The position numbers and the translations under genes were made by a program. Of a DNA stretch of 64,000 nucleotides, positions 26,123 to 37,052 are shown one piece after another. The stretch lies in NCBI GenBank assembly GCA_028280285.1, contig JANQMA010000032.1, positions 17,091-81,090 on the forward strand. The letters run 5' to 3'. The notes beneath the pieces are model-generated. The model worked only from the letters and a program-made list of their open reading frames with translations. It had not been told where the DNA came from and made no database searches. The DNA comes from Candidatus Omnitrophota bacterium. Lineage in GTDB: Bacteria; Omnitrophota; Gorgyraeia; Zapsychrales; Zapsychraceae. Every line of letters begins with the position of its first letter. Position 1 is the stretch's first letter.

Positions 26123-27246
26123 CGAGCTAATTCCGATCCGTATTCCGTTAAAAACTCTTTTTGAAATTCGACAAACCGATCTTCTTCAATGGCTGCGCGT
26201 ATTTCTTTCATTAAATTAACATAGAAATACATATTACAATAAGTCAAAAGTTTAAGTCCGGTGATTTCTCCCGCTTTAAGCAAATGACGAATATACGCGC
26301 GTGAATATTTTTGGCACACCATGCATTCACATTTTTCATTGATCGGTCTGGGATCATCAGCGAATTCTTTATTTTTAATTGTTATGCGTCCTTTATGGGT
26401 AAACGCCGTTCCATGCCGCCCATACCGTGAAGGCAAAACACAATCAAACATATCGATTCCTTCACCAACCGCTTTAACAATCTGATCGGGAAAACCAATC
26501 CCCATAAAATAACGCGGTTTATCTTCCGGCATGAGTGGTTCCGTCCAATCGAGCGCTTCAAACATTTCCTTAACCGTCTCACCAACGCTGACACCGCCGA
26601 CCGCATACCCGTCAAAATCAATATCGATGATTTCACGCGCTGATTGTTCACGCAAATCCTGATAGGTTGATCCTTGAATAATACCGAACTGATATTGATT
26701 CATATCAGTGCGTTTTGTTTTAAGAAAATGATCGCGTGAACGTTTGGCCCATTTGGTTGTGCGCTGGGCGGCCTCTTTAGCCGCTTCATAACTGCACGGA
26801 TACGGTGCACACTCATCGAGCGGCATCATCATATCCACCCCAAACTCTCTTTGAATATCGACCACCTTCTCGGGATCAAGATAGACTGGCGAGCCGTCGA
26901 GATGTGATTGAAACTCAACGCCTTCATCGGTGAGTTTTCTAAGTTTTGCCAAACTAAAAATCTGATAGCCACCACTATCCGTTAAGGACGGACGATCCCA
27001 GCCGCTGAGCCTATGCAAACCGTTATGGTTTTTGATAATCTCCATCCCCGGACGCAGATATAAATGATAGGTATTCGACAACATGATCTGCGCGCCAAGC
27101 CCTTTAAGATCCTCAAAATCAAGCGACTTAACCGTTCCGTTCGTCCCGACCGGCATAAAGAATGGTGTTTGAATCACCCCATGATCGGTTGTGATTTCCC
27201 CCCGACGGGCTTTAGTCGATTTGTCTTTTTTAAGTAATGTGAACAT
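26119..27246 (-). CDS. tgt: queuine tRNA-ribosyltransferase
   Basis: 375 aa; TIM barrel, C-terminal CxCxxC...H zinc site. Confidence 0.9.
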   Translation of the reverse strand: MFTLLKKDKSTKARRGEITTDHGVIQTPFFMPVGTNGTVKSLDFEDLKGLGAQIMLSNTYHLYLRPGMEIIKNHNGLHRLSGWDRPSLTDSGGYQIFSLAKLRKLTDEGVEFQSHLDGSPVYLDPEKVVDIQREFGVDMMMPLDECAPYPCSYEAAKEAAQRTTKWAKRSRDHFLKTKRTDMNQYQFGIIQGSTYQDLREQSAREIIDIDFDGYAVGGVSVGETVKEMFEALDWTEPLMPEDKPRYFMGIGFPDQIVKAVGEGIDMFDCVLPSRYGRHGTAFTHKGRITIKNKEFADDPRPINEKCECMVCQKYSRAYIRHLLKAGEITGLKLLTYCNMYFYVNLMKEIRAAIEEDRFVEFQKEFLTEYGSELAR

Positions 27247-27261
27247 AATAACATAGGTCTC

Positions 27262-27320
27262 TTAGGTTTTAGGTGTTGGATTTTAGCAAACTAACACTTA
27301 GCACCTAACACCCAAAACCT
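27262..27320. repeat. family-3 palindromic element between queA stop and tgt start
   Basis: cttaggttttaggtgttggattttagcaaactaacacttagcacctaacacccaaaacct. Confidence 0.7.
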
Positions 27321-28328
27321 TTACAAAATAAGCATCGCATCGCCATAACTGTAAAAACGATACTTCTTCCTTTTTGCCTCTGCGTACGCCTTCATCATCA
27401 AATCACGCCCGGCAAAGGCGCTGACCAGCATCAACAGCGTTGAGCGCGGCAGATGAAAATTGGTAATCAAATGATCGACCATCTTAAAGGAAAAACCGGG
27501 ATAAATAAAGATGTTTGTTGCGCCCTTAAGTTTCCCGGTCTTCGTCACCGCCTCAAGCGTACGACAACTGGTCGTGCCGACAGCGACAACAGGCCTCCCC
27601 TTATCTTTCGCCTTGCAAAGGCGCGCATGCACAGCCTTGGTCATTGCATAACTTTCCGTATGCATCGGATGTTTGGTGATATCCTCGACTTCCACCGGTT
27701 TAAATGTTCCATAATTGACATGCAGTGTCACTTGATTAAAGTGATGTCCGGATTTCTCAAGTCTACCAATCAAACCCTTAGTAAAATGTAGCCCCGCCGT
27801 CGGTGCGGCTACCGACCCATCCTTTTTCGCATACACAGTTTGATAATCTTTTTTATCCGACGGCCGGTCTTCTCTTTTAATATAAGGCGGCAGCGGCATA
27901 TGCCCAATTTTCGAAAGATCGTCACTTATATTCTTCTTGTTAAACCGCACAATACGTTTGTCACGATCAATGATTCTAGCTTTCAAACTACTCTTATCAA
28001 AGACAACTGCGTCACCTTCTTTGAGGCGCTTAAGTGGACGCAGTAGTGTCTCGTAGGTATAATCACTTAACTTCTTGATCAAAAATATTTCAATCTTCGC
28101 GCCCGTTGACGTTTTGCTACCGAGTAACCGCGCCGCAACAACTTTGCTATTATTGCACACGATCTCGCTTTGTTTGGGAAGATATTCACCGATATTGGCA
28201 AAAGTGTCATGTGTCAACTTTTGCGTTGTGCGGTCAATAACAAGTAGTTTGGCCTGATCGCGCTTTTTAAGCGGCGCCTGCGCGATCAAAGATGCGGGCA
28301 GCACATAATCAAAATCTTTTAATTTCAT
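27321..28328 (-). CDS. queA: S-adenosylmethionine:tRNA ribosyltransferase-isomerase
   Basis: 335 aa; canonical QueA N-terminus and motifs. Confidence 0.9.
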   Translation of the reverse strand: MKLKDFDYVLPASLIAQAPLKKRDQAKLLVIDRTTQKLTHDTFANIGEYLPKQSEIVCNNSKVVAARLLGSKTSTGAKIEIFLIKKLSDYTYETLLRPLKRLKEGDAVVFDKSSLKARIIDRDKRIVRFNKKNISDDLSKIGHMPLPPYIKREDRPSDKKDYQTVYAKKDGSVAAPTAGLHFTKGLIGRLEKSGHHFNQVTLHVNYGTFKPVEVEDITKHPMHTESYAMTKAVHARLCKAKDKGRPVVAVGTTSCRTLEAVTKTGKLKGATNIFIYPGFSFKMVDHLITNFHLPRSTLLMLVSAFAGRDLMMKAYAEAKRKKYRFYSYGDAMLIL

Positions 28329-29479
28329 AAACGTACGAGCTCTGCCCCGGGATAATAATAACTTAAAATTTCTTTGTATTTGCGCCGCTCGCTCGCCATT
28401 TTATGCGCACCCCATTGGCACATCCCAACACCATGCCCCCAGCCGTGGCCTTTTAAGTCAAAAAAGTAACCCTTCATTGTGATGTCATACATATTACTGC
28501 GGATTAAATTCGGTCCGATGATATCTCTAAAATTTTTACCCGTAATATTTTTTTTCTTCCCATCACGCGTCGTTATTTGCAAATATTTAACGCGACCACT
28601 TTTGGTTCTACTTAAAATCTTAATCTCCTTAATCAAGCCCAACTTATACCCATTGGCATTGAGCTTTTTTTGCACATCACTGGAGCGAAAATTCTTCTTC
28701 CAATTATATCCGGGCTGACCGATCGAATATTCCGATTTGACTCCGTACAAAGGCGCAAGATCATGCTTCCACAATTCCCTCACATCCTCCGTATGTCCGC
28801 CGGAATTAGAATGAAAATAGGCTGGTAGGACTTTTCCCTTATATATAAGATACTCTCCCTTTGTTCTTTTCGCGGCCAGATTGGTGCGATAGCGCTCAGC
28901 ACTCTTACCTCCATAGACTTGCGAATAAATATCACTCGTCACATCGAATAGCATTTCGGCATTTTCCTGCATTTGGTATTTCGCATAAGTTCTCACCGCA
29001 ACAGCCTGCGCCTTCATCGCTTCCATCGGCCATTCATCGGTGATCTCATGATACAAAACACCACGCACATACTTCTCCAAGTCCAAAATATTGATCACAT
29101 GAAACTTGCCTGGCTTGGTCACGATCAGATCAACAATACCGCGGTATTTAATCGATTTTCCGGTATTACCGACATAAAAATACTTGCGCGGAATAATACG
29201 CAAATGTTGTTGAGAATAAACATTGTCCCCGACTTTATATCCCTCAGCCGTTCTTTTGATCGTTACACCTTTGAGCGATCTTTTCTCGGCAATGATTTGA
29301 TTGGTTTTACCATCAACAATTCTGTATTTGCTTTTAATCGCCAGTTTCAAATGATCCGTATCCTTGATAAGCGCAATGCGGATATGGTCGTCAGCAGCAT
29401 TGGCATTTTGCACAAATACACACCCGAGCACAACAGCACATATCAGTGCTATAAATTTTAATACACGCATTATTTCCAT
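28325..29479 (-). CDS. SpoIID/LytB domain protein (peptidoglycan remodelling / amidase enhancer)
   Basis: 384 aa; signal peptide, SNSGGHTE motif of SpoIID/LytB family. Confidence 0.75.
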   Translation of the reverse strand: MEIMRVLKFIALICAVVLGCVFVQNANAADDHIRIALIKDTDHLKLAIKSKYRIVDGKTNQIIAEKRSLKGVTIKRTAEGYKVGDNVYSQQHLRIIPRKYFYVGNTGKSIKYRGIVDLIVTKPGKFHVINILDLEKYVRGVLYHEITDEWPMEAMKAQAVAVRTYAKYQMQENAEMLFDVTSDIYSQVYGGKSAERYRTNLAAKRTKGEYLIYKGKVLPAYFHSNSGGHTEDVRELWKHDLAPLYGVKSEYSIGQPGYNWKKNFRSSDVQKKLNANGYKLGLIKEIKILSRTKSGRVKYLQITTRDGKKKNITGKNFRDIIGPNLIRSNMYDITMKGYFFDLKGHGWGHGVGMCQWGAHKMASERRKYKEILSYYYPGAELVRL

Positions 29480-29679
29480 AATTTAACAATAAGACTAAAC
29501 AGAAGACTTAAAAGCAAACACGTGGTTAAAGGAAAATAAAATGAGAAGTTTTCTTTTTTGATGGCAATATCCCCGGGGAGCTTGCCGAGCCAGGGAATTT
29601 TAGGAAAGAAACTCACAATAAGACCTACAACAATCAAAGCACATCCGATCAATATAAGTATTTTGCCAACACCAGTCAT
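29470..29679 (-). CDS. DUF2905 small membrane protein
   Basis: 69 aa, two TM with PWLGKLPGD motif typical of DUF2905. Confidence 0.6.
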   Translation of the reverse strand: MTGVGKILILIGCALIVVGLIVSFFPKIPWLGKLPGDIAIKKENFSFYFPLTTCLLLSLLFSLIVKLWK

Positions 29680-29681
29680 AA

Positions 29682-30710
29682 TTAAACATTCAACATTGTT
29701 GTTTCGATATGTTTTTTCGCTTCATCCGACAGCATACGCCCGCGCTGCGTGCGTTTCATAAATCCAATCTTAAGCAAGTACGGCTCAACCACATCAATGA
29801 GCGTATCACTCTCTTCATTGAGCGTCGCCGCAAGCGCCTCAATACCCACAGGTCCACCCTCATAATGCTCATACATCAGTTTAATCAGCCTGCGGTCGGC
29901 GGCATCAAGCCCATAGATATCGACTTTAAGCTGCTCAAGGGCGCGACCGGCCACATCCTTTGTAATAGTGTCACCTTCCCCTTTAACTTGGAGATAATCC
30001 CGGACACGCCTCAGCAAACGGTTGGTAATCCGCGGCGTACCGCGTGAACGTCGGGCAATCTCCATCGCCGCCTCTTGATCAATATCAATGCTTAACTTTT
30101 TGGCTGAGCTTTTAAGTATTTGCGCGAGATCCTCCGGTTCATAAAATTCCAGATGATGATAAATCCCGAACCGGTCTCTTAAGGGAGAAGCTAGTAGACC
30201 GCTGCGTGTTGTGGCACCAATGAGAGTAAAGGGTTTCAGATTAAAATTGATTGTCTTGGCCGTCGGTCCTTTATCGACCACAAAATCGATTTTAAACTGC
30301 TCCATCGCAGGATACAAAAACTCTTCAACCACTTTTGACAGGCGGTGAATCTCATCGATAAATAACACATCGCCCGCTTCTAAACTGGTCAGAATGCCCA
30401 CTAAGTCCCCTGCCCGATCAATCGCAGGTCCAGATGTCACCACAATGTGTGCGCCCATTTCATGGGCCACAATATTAGCCAATGAAGTCTTACCCAACCC
30501 GGGAGGTCCTGAGAATAAAACATGCTCGAGCGGCTCTTTGCGTTTTTTAGCGGCTTGAATACTAAGTTTTAAATTTTCAACAAGATCCTTCTGACCGACA
30601 AATTCCGAAACATCGGCGGGACGCAGGGAAAGGCTGTAGAGCTGGTCTTCTTCGGTTTCCTGAGTGAGGACAATCCGTTTGCGATCATCAGCGTGGGATG
30701 TGTTTTCCAT
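29682..30710 (-). CDS. ruvB: Holliday junction branch migration DNA helicase RuvB
   Basis: 342 aa; AAA+ Walker A GPPGLGKTS, sensor motifs. Confidence 0.9.
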   Translation of the reverse strand: MENTSHADDRKRIVLTQETEEDQLYSLSLRPADVSEFVGQKDLVENLKLSIQAAKKRKEPLEHVLFSGPPGLGKTSLANIVAHEMGAHIVVTSGPAIDRAGDLVGILTSLEAGDVLFIDEIHRLSKVVEEFLYPAMEQFKIDFVVDKGPTAKTINFNLKPFTLIGATTRSGLLASPLRDRFGIYHHLEFYEPEDLAQILKSSAKKLSIDIDQEAAMEIARRSRGTPRITNRLLRRVRDYLQVKGEGDTITKDVAGRALEQLKVDIYGLDAADRRLIKLMYEHYEGGPVGIEALAATLNEESDTLIDVVEPYLLKIGFMKRTQRGRMLSDEAKKHIETTMLNV

Positions 30711-30716
30711 AATTTT

Positions 30717-31511
30717 TTAGGAGGCTTGTTCATCAGCCGCTTTGTCATCAGACGTTTCATCGGACGCCGGGGCGTCTTCGGCTGGAGCCATACTCTTATT
30801 GCGAATCACTTCAATATCAGAAAAAGAACGTTTCTGTACAATTTTGATTTCCTGCAGGCGTATAAGCTCAAGCACGGCCAAAAATGTGACCACCGCCTCC
30901 ACTTTAGTGCGTGCGCGTTCAAAAACACGGTTCAAATTAAATGATTCGCTTTCAAGAAGCAGATGGCGGATTTCACGACGCTTATCTTCAACAGTGAATT
31001 CTTCCGTAATGATTTCATGTAATTGCTCTTCCGGTACCTTGCGGAGCGCCTCAGAAAAGGCTGTAATCAGATCAAAAAGATTCGCCTCAATATAAACTTC
31101 CTTGGCATCATCATGCAGACGTTTGCGTTCCTCCTCATCCACAACGCGTGGAAAATAATCCTTCATCGCTTGTTCTTTTTCTTGAAGCTCGCCGGCAATT
31201 TCTTTAAACCGTTTATATTCAAGCAAACGGCGCGCCAGTTCATCCCGCGGATCTTCCTCTTCTTCGCCTTCTTCCACAGGATCGGGCGGCAGGAGAATCT
31301 TTGATTTGATATGCATAAGGGTCGCGGCCATAACCAAAAAATCGCCAACAATATCAAGATCAAGCATCTTCATCATCTCGATGTACTGCATATACTGCTC
31401 AGTGATACTGACAATCGGAATGTCTTTGATATCAATATCATCTTTCTTGATAAGATATAAAAGCAGATCGAGCGGGCCTTCAAAAATGTCGAGTTTTAGT
31501 TTGTAATTCAT
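30717..31511 (-). CDS. scpA: segregation and condensation protein A
   Basis: 264 aa; ScpA N-terminal FEGPLDLLLYLI motif. Confidence 0.8.
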   Translation of the reverse strand: MNYKLKLDIFEGPLDLLLYLIKKDDIDIKDIPIVSITEQYMQYIEMMKMLDLDIVGDFLVMAATLMHIKSKILLPPDPVEEGEEEEDPRDELARRLLEYKRFKEIAGELQEKEQAMKDYFPRVVDEEERKRLHDDAKEVYIEANLFDLITAFSEALRKVPEEQLHEIITEEFTVEDKRREIRHLLLESESFNLNRVFERARTKVEAVVTFLAVLELIRLQEIKIVQKRSFSDIEVIRNKSMAPAEDAPASDETSDDKAADEQAS

Positions 31512-31517
31512 TTTGTC

Positions 31518-31586
31518 GGGGCTTGGGCGTTAGGACCTGGGACTTGGTGTTCCTAAGTCCCAAGTCCTATGTTCTAAGTCCAAGCT
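31518..31586. repeat. palindromic word element (GGGACTTGG/CCTAAGTCC/CCAAGTCC words) between infB stop and scpA start
   Basis: ggacctgggacttggtgttcctaagtcccaagtcctatgttctaagtccaagc. Confidence 0.55.
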
Positions 31587-31606
31587 TCTCTACTTTATTT
31601 TACCAT

Positions 31607-34012
31607 TTAAAGTTTCTGCGCTACCTTTTCGATCTCATAAACCTCAAACACATCGCCAATTTGATATTTATCAAAGTTTTCAATCGAAATACCGCATTCC
31701 ATGCCTTCTTTAACCTCTTTAACCTCTTCTTTAAAACGTTTAAGATTAGCAATTTTGCCTGAGAACACCACATCCCCTTCACGCATAACATCAATATGCG
31801 CTTTGCGTAAAACCTTGCCTTCCTCGACATAACACCCGGCAACGGTTCCCTGTTTGGATAATTTAAAAACTTCTTTGACCTGAACACGGCTTAAAAAGTT
31901 TTTATTAATCTTAGAATCAAGCATACCTTCGAGCGCATTTTTAACATCTTCGACCAGATCATAGATAATTGTGTACTCACGGATATCGATTGGATCTTTT
32001 TTCATCTCTTCCTGAGCACGCTGATCAATGCCGACATGAAACGCCAGGATAATCGCCTTGGAGGCTTGTGCCAGGACAACATCCGACGTATTAATTTCGC
32101 CAACGCCTGTATGGATAAACTTAAGACGGATTTTATCCGTTGGTAATTTATTAAGCGAATCGATAACGGCCTCAAGTGAGCCCTGCACATCAGATTTAAC
32201 AATAACATTGGCCTCTTGCACACCATCACCGAGCGACGAATAAAGATTTTCGAGTGTAATTTTCTCACCGCCGCGCAGCCGCTCTTCTTCCAGTTGTTTC
32301 ATCCTGCGCTGTGTAATTTCACGCGCGACCTTTTCATCTTCGACCGCGTAAAACAAATCGCCCGCCTCCGGCACATTGGATAGTCCGAGGATTTCAACCG
32401 GCATGGATGGGCCGGCCTCACTGACCTTTTGACCAAGATCATCAAGCATCGCACGGATCTTTCCATAATGTGGTCCGACGACAATAAAGTCACCTTCCTT
32501 AAGCGTTCCGCTTTGCACAATAATTGTTGTCAGCGCGCCCTTGCCTTGTGACAGATGCGCCTCAACAACAATACCCGAAGCTTGTTTATCGGGGTTGGCC
32601 TTAAGCTCAAGCAGCTCCGCTTCGAGTAGAATAAGCTCAAGGAGCTCATCAATCCCTTCACCGGTTTTTGCCGAAACATGCCCGCAAATTGTCTTGCCGC
32701 CCCAGTCTTCAGGTGCCAAATCATAGTCCATTAATTGCTGCTTAACACGGTCCGGATCAGCATTGGGTAGATCAATTTTATTAAGCGCAACAACAATCGG
32801 CACACCGGCAGCACGGGCATGATCAATCGCTTCAACCGTTTGCGGCTTGATCCCATCATCCGCCGCGACAACAAGAACAATGATATCTGTAATATGTGCC
32901 CCGCGTTTACGCATCGAGGTAAACGCCTCATGGCCTGGCGTATCTAAAAATGTAATACGCCCCTTGGTGGCTTTAACAGAGTAGGCACCGATATGCTGCG
33001 TAATGCCTCCGTGCTCAACATCCGTAACTTTACTTTTGCGTACACTATCAAGAAGTGAAGTCTTACCATGATCAACATGCCCCATAAAAGTAATCACTGG
33101 TGCACGCGGTTTAAGTGATTTAGGATCTTCTTCCTCTTCTTTATGTTCCTCAATAACCTGTTCTTCTTGTGTTTTGAGTTTGACATAATTAAAACCAAAG
33201 GCGGCCGCAATTTTACCGACGATCTCGCCATCAAGCGGTTGATTGATATGCGCTAAAATACCCATTTTCATGAGTTCCTTTAGGATAGCGCTCGGTTTTT
33301 GCGACAGACGCAGCCCTAAATCCTTAACAATAATCGGCACTTTGATTTCAAGATCCTGCAGGTCTTCGAGATTAATTGGCTTGTTGGCTTGTTCTTCGGC
33401 ATGCTCAGCAACGAGCTGTTGAAGCTCAGCCTGGGCTTTGGCCTTTTTATCTTCTTTATCGGCCTTACGCTTCTTGCGTCCAATCGGTTTGAGTGTAATA
33501 AGTGGCGCTTTGGTCTTCTTGACTTGTGGTTTAGCCGTAGGCGCTACTTCTTTTTTAACCTCTTTTGATTTAGTTTTGGCAGTATCATCGGTCTTTTTGA
33601 CAACTTTCTTTTTAATAACCTTTTTAACAACCTTCTTAACAACTTTTTTGACGACACGTTTAGTTTTAGGCGCATCCGTCTTCTCTTCCGTTTTGGCCGC
33701 TGCCTTTTTCTTTGTCGCCTTTACGGCTGTCTTGGTTGCTTTTTTTGCCGCCTTAGGCTCGGCCACTTTTTTTGTTGCTTTGGCAGCGGAGACCTTTTTA
33801 GTCGTCTTCGCAGCAGCTTTCTTTTTCGTCGCTTTAGCCGGCTCAGCCTTTTCTTCTGCATCATCACGACCGAAATGACTGCGGACAATCGAGACAACAA
33901 CCGGGCTTATCGCCTGCGCATCATCCTTAACCTTTAGTTTAAGCGATTTCATCGCCTTGACGATTGCGTCAGTCGACATATTTAATTCTTTAGCTAACTC
34001 TGAAACTTTCAT
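31607..34012 (-). CDS. infB: translation initiation factor IF-2 with Lys/Ala-rich N-terminal extension
   Basis: 801 aa; G-domain GHVDHGKTS, DxxG, NKID; residues about 45-180 are KKA/KKVV repeats. Confidence 0.9.
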   Translation of the reverse strand: MKVSELAKELNMSTDAIVKAMKSLKLKVKDDAQAISPVVVSIVRSHFGRDDAEEKAEPAKATKKKAAAKTTKKVSAAKATKKVAEPKAAKKATKTAVKATKKKAAAKTEEKTDAPKTKRVVKKVVKKVVKKVIKKKVVKKTDDTAKTKSKEVKKEVAPTAKPQVKKTKAPLITLKPIGRKKRKADKEDKKAKAQAELQQLVAEHAEEQANKPINLEDLQDLEIKVPIIVKDLGLRLSQKPSAILKELMKMGILAHINQPLDGEIVGKIAAAFGFNYVKLKTQEEQVIEEHKEEEEDPKSLKPRAPVITFMGHVDHGKTSLLDSVRKSKVTDVEHGGITQHIGAYSVKATKGRITFLDTPGHEAFTSMRKRGAHITDIIVLVVAADDGIKPQTVEAIDHARAAGVPIVVALNKIDLPNADPDRVKQQLMDYDLAPEDWGGKTICGHVSAKTGEGIDELLELILLEAELLELKANPDKQASGIVVEAHLSQGKGALTTIIVQSGTLKEGDFIVVGPHYGKIRAMLDDLGQKVSEAGPSMPVEILGLSNVPEAGDLFYAVEDEKVAREITQRRMKQLEEERLRGGEKITLENLYSSLGDGVQEANVIVKSDVQGSLEAVIDSLNKLPTDKIRLKFIHTGVGEINTSDVVLAQASKAIILAFHVGIDQRAQEEMKKDPIDIREYTIIYDLVEDVKNALEGMLDSKINKNFLSRVQVKEVFKLSKQGTVAGCYVEEGKVLRKAHIDVMREGDVVFSGKIANLKRFKEEVKEVKEGMECGISIENFDKYQIGDVFEVYEIEKVAQKL

Positions 34013-34032
34013 AAACTTACATTACTCCTTGC

Positions 34033-35292
34033 CTATTCAAAAAAGGATTTCGCCTCTTCGATTAATTTTTCGGCCTTGGCTTTACCTAGACCCTTAACAA
34101 CCGTCAACTCGTCGATTGTCGCATCGGCCACTTTTTCGAGACTATCAAATCCCGCCTCCTTTAAGGCTTCAAGCATTTTAGCCCCTACGCCAGAAAGGTC
34201 TGCAATGGTCGCATCCTCCTCGACCTCTTCGATTTCTTCAACCTCTTCTTCGACTTCTACTTCCTCTGCCGCACTGTCAGCGGTTTCAACCGCCCCTTTA
34301 GCCTCCGTAGCCGCTTCTGTATCTTGCTCTTCTTGCTCTTCAAGCTCATTCCATTGATCGAATGAATATAAATCAAGTTCCCAGCCGACTAATTCACTGG
34401 CCAAACGCACATTTTGCCCATGGCGTCCAATGGCAAGTGACAACTGATCATTAGCCACAATGATATTTACTTTCTTAGTGTCATAATCAAGTTGCATCTG
34501 TGAAATCTCCGCCGGAGAAAGAGCTGCTTGAATATACTCTTTAATATCTTCCGAATAACGGACAATATCTATTTTCTCACCATGCAATTCATTGACAATA
34601 TTTTTAACGCGCGACCCACGCATACCCACACAAGCGCCAACACTGTCGATCTTTTCATCTTTAGAAAATACCGCGATCTTTGTGCGTTCGCCAACGTCAC
34701 GGGAAATGGATTTAATCTCAACAATTCCCTCGTAGATTTCCGGAACTTCAAGCTCAAATAAACGCTTAACAAAATTCGGATTCGACCGCGAAAGAATAAT
34801 CTGCGGTCCGCGGTTTTCACGGTTCACATCCAGAATATAGGCACGGATACGATCCCCTTGGCGGAACTCTTCTTTTTTGGATTGTTCACGTCTGGGAATA
34901 ATCGCCTCGGTTTTACCCAAATCCATAATTATATTACCACGTTCAAAACGGTAAATACTACCACTAATCATCTCACCGATTCTGGCCTGGTATTCTGTGT
35001 AGACAACATCCTTTTCCGCTTCGCGGATTTTCTGGATGACCACTTGCTTGGCTGTTTGGGCCGCAATCCGTCCAAATTCACTGGAACGAATTTCTTCCTC
35101 ACCGGCATAAGCGGTAATTTTTCCGGAAATCGGGTCAAGCTCTGCGTGAATATCTTCTTCTTTATCAACAGTCCACAGCTTACGTGCCGCAGAGGCAACC
35201 GCCGCTTCCACCGCTTCTATTAAAACCTTCTTATCAATCCCCTTGTCACGCTCTAATTGCTCGAGGATTGTCAATAATTCACTACTCTCCAT
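34033..35292 (-). CDS. nusA: transcription termination/antitermination factor NusA
   Basis: 419 aa; S1, KH1/KH2, acidic linker, C-terminal HhH. Confidence 0.9.
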   Translation of the reverse strand: MESSELLTILEQLERDKGIDKKVLIEAVEAAVASAARKLWTVDKEEDIHAELDPISGKITAYAGEEEIRSSEFGRIAAQTAKQVVIQKIREAEKDVVYTEYQARIGEMISGSIYRFERGNIIMDLGKTEAIIPRREQSKKEEFRQGDRIRAYILDVNRENRGPQIILSRSNPNFVKRLFELEVPEIYEGIVEIKSISRDVGERTKIAVFSKDEKIDSVGACVGMRGSRVKNIVNELHGEKIDIVRYSEDIKEYIQAALSPAEISQMQLDYDTKKVNIIVANDQLSLAIGRHGQNVRLASELVGWELDLYSFDQWNELEEQEEQDTEAATEAKGAVETADSAAEEVEVEEEVEEIEEVEEDATIADLSGVGAKMLEALKEAGFDSLEKVADATIDELTVVKGLGKAKAEKLIEEAKSFFE

Positions 35293-35309
35293 TTTTTTCC
35301 CTTCCTTTG

Positions 35310-35765
35310 TTAAATAATCTGTATAGCCTTGTTAATTTGGCCGTATAAAATTTTAATAACTTCTTTTTTGGTTTTGACCATCACGCCATCGCTGGTGATA
35401 TCTTGTACAATACCTTGATGCTCAATTTTACCGTCAATTTTTTCCTTCAAATGAAAACGGATTTCACGCTTGGCGGCCCGTTTAAAATCTTTTTCATTGG
35501 TTAAAGGCCTGTCAAGTCCGGGGGATGATACCTCAACGATATAATCATCTTTAATGAGGTCTTGCTTCTCCAACTCATCCGACAGCTTACGATTAAGCTC
35601 TGTGCATTCATCAATCGTTATACCGCCTTCGGGATGATCAGCAATAACATCAATGATGAGCGCCATACCACGTCTATTTAAATTTAAATCGACGAGATCG
35701 AGTTTAACTTGCTCAGCAATCGACTCAGCAATAGCCTTTATTGTTTCTAAAAGATCAGCTTTCAT
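35310..35765 (-). CDS. rimP: ribosome maturation factor RimP
   Basis: start taken at MKADLLETI (internal Met of the 176-aa ORF); RimP family, upstream of nusA. Confidence 0.75.
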   Translation of the reverse strand: MKADLLETIKAIAESIAEQVKLDLVDLNLNRRGMALIIDVIADHPEGGITIDECTELNRKLSDELEKQDLIKDDYIVEVSSPGLDRPLTNEKDFKRAAKREIRFHLKEKIDGKIEHQGIVQDITSDGVMVKTKKEVIKILYGQINKAIQII

Positions 35766-35863
35766 TCTATGAGTATTTAATTTACACGACCATAAGGAAG
35801 TGTAAATTAGAAATACGAATTGATCCCGAGCCGCCTTCACTAACTGTCTGCGGCGAGGGACCT

Positions 35864-37051
35864 TTATTTGATAAAATCAACCACCTTGTCGGTATCAACC
35901 AATTGACTTTCACCGCTACGGCGTGTCTTAATTTCCACCTTACCCTCTTTCAAGTTACGATGACCGGCAACAACTTGATAAGGAATACCGATTAAATCCG
36001 CATCATTAAATTTTCGCCCCGGCCTTTCAAGACGATCATCCACTAACACATCTAAGTCCTGAGCACCGAGATCATTTTGTATTTTCTTAACCGCATTCAA
36101 TACTTCCGTGTCATTGTCATTTTTATGCAAAGATAAAACCTCAACATCAAATGGCGCAACCTCATCAGGCCAGATAATCCCTTTACCATCATTGTTCTTC
36201 TCGACTATGGCTGCAATAACCCGGCTCACGCCAATACCGTAGCAACCCATGATAATCGGTTTGGACGCACCGTTTTCATCCAAAAAGACAGCACCCTGCG
36301 CCTCGCTGTATTTTGTACCCAATTGAAAGATATGTCCGAGCTCAATGGCAACTTTTTCTTTCCTGTTGCCGTTTTCTTCAACCGTTACTTTATCTTCGCC
36401 AATCTCCGCTGGGACCATAAACTCATGAGAAAGATCTCCTCCCATCGCCCCTGAATCGGCTTCAACGGCAATCGCCTCAACCCCACAACGCCTAAAAGTA
36501 TTTTCATAAGCGGTATACATCTTATCGTAATTTTTCTGCATCCCTTCTTTATCCACATCAAAACTGTACGCATCTTTCATAATAAATTCACACGCGCGCA
36601 CAATACCAAAACGTGGCCTCAGTTCATCACGAAACTTAGTTTGAATTTGATACAGGGTAACCGGTAGTTGCTTATACGACTGCACATATTTGCTCACAAG
36701 ATCAGTAATGACTTCCTCATGGGTTGGACCCAAACACATTTCTTTACCCTTACCATCATTAAACTTAAACATAACATCATCCAGCACCTCATCGCGGCCT
36801 GTTTGCTTCCACAATTCAATCGGATGCAGGCTTGGCAATAAAAGCTCATTAGCGCCTGCCCCATTCATCTCTTCACGGATAATATTTTCAATATTCGACA
36901 ACACCTTAAGACCCAAAGGCAAATACGAATAGACCCCTGAGGTCAACATATTAACCAGCCCGGCGCGCGCTAAAAGCTTGTGGCTAAGCGCTTCACAATC
37001 GGCCGGGGCATCCTTGAGCGTCGGGATAAAATATTCACTCCATTTAGTTAC
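35864..37051 (-). CDS. proS: proline--tRNA ligase (short form lacking bacterial INS editing domain)
   Basis: class-II aaRS motifs, ProRS N-terminal region SEYFIPTLKDAPADCEALSHKLL; probable GTG start at 37051 abutting cpaF-like stop. Confidence 0.8.
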   Translation of the reverse strand, partial: VTKWSEYFIPTLKDAPADCEALSHKLLARAGLVNMLTSGVYSYLPLGLKVLSNIENIIREEMNGAGANELLLPSLHPIELWKQTGRDEVLDDVMFKFNDGKGKEMCLGPTHEEVITDLVSKYVQSYKQLPVTLYQIQTKFRDELRPRFGIVRACEFIMKDAYSFDVDKEGMQKNYDKMYTAYENTFRRCGVEAIAVEADSGAMGGDLSHEFMVPAEIGEDKVTVEENGNRKEKVAIELGHIFQLGTKYSEAQGAVFLDENGASKPIIMGCYGIGVSRVIAAIVEKNNDGKGIIWPDEVAPFDVEVLSLHKNDNDTEVLNAVKKIQNDLGAQDLDVLVDDRLERPGRKFNDADLIGIPYQVVAGHRNLKEGKVEIKTRRSGESQLVDTDKVVDFIK

Positions 37052-37052
37052 A

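Noticed and set aside
28973-29461. 162-aa plus-strand ORF
   Set aside because: It lies antisense inside the SpoIID/LytB gene and has no recognisable motifs.
33438-33878. 146-aa plus-strand ORF with FLTTFLTT/low-complexity sequence
   Set aside because: It is antisense shadow of the Lys/Ala-rich repeat region of infB. Its low-complexity mirror composition is not independent coding evidence.
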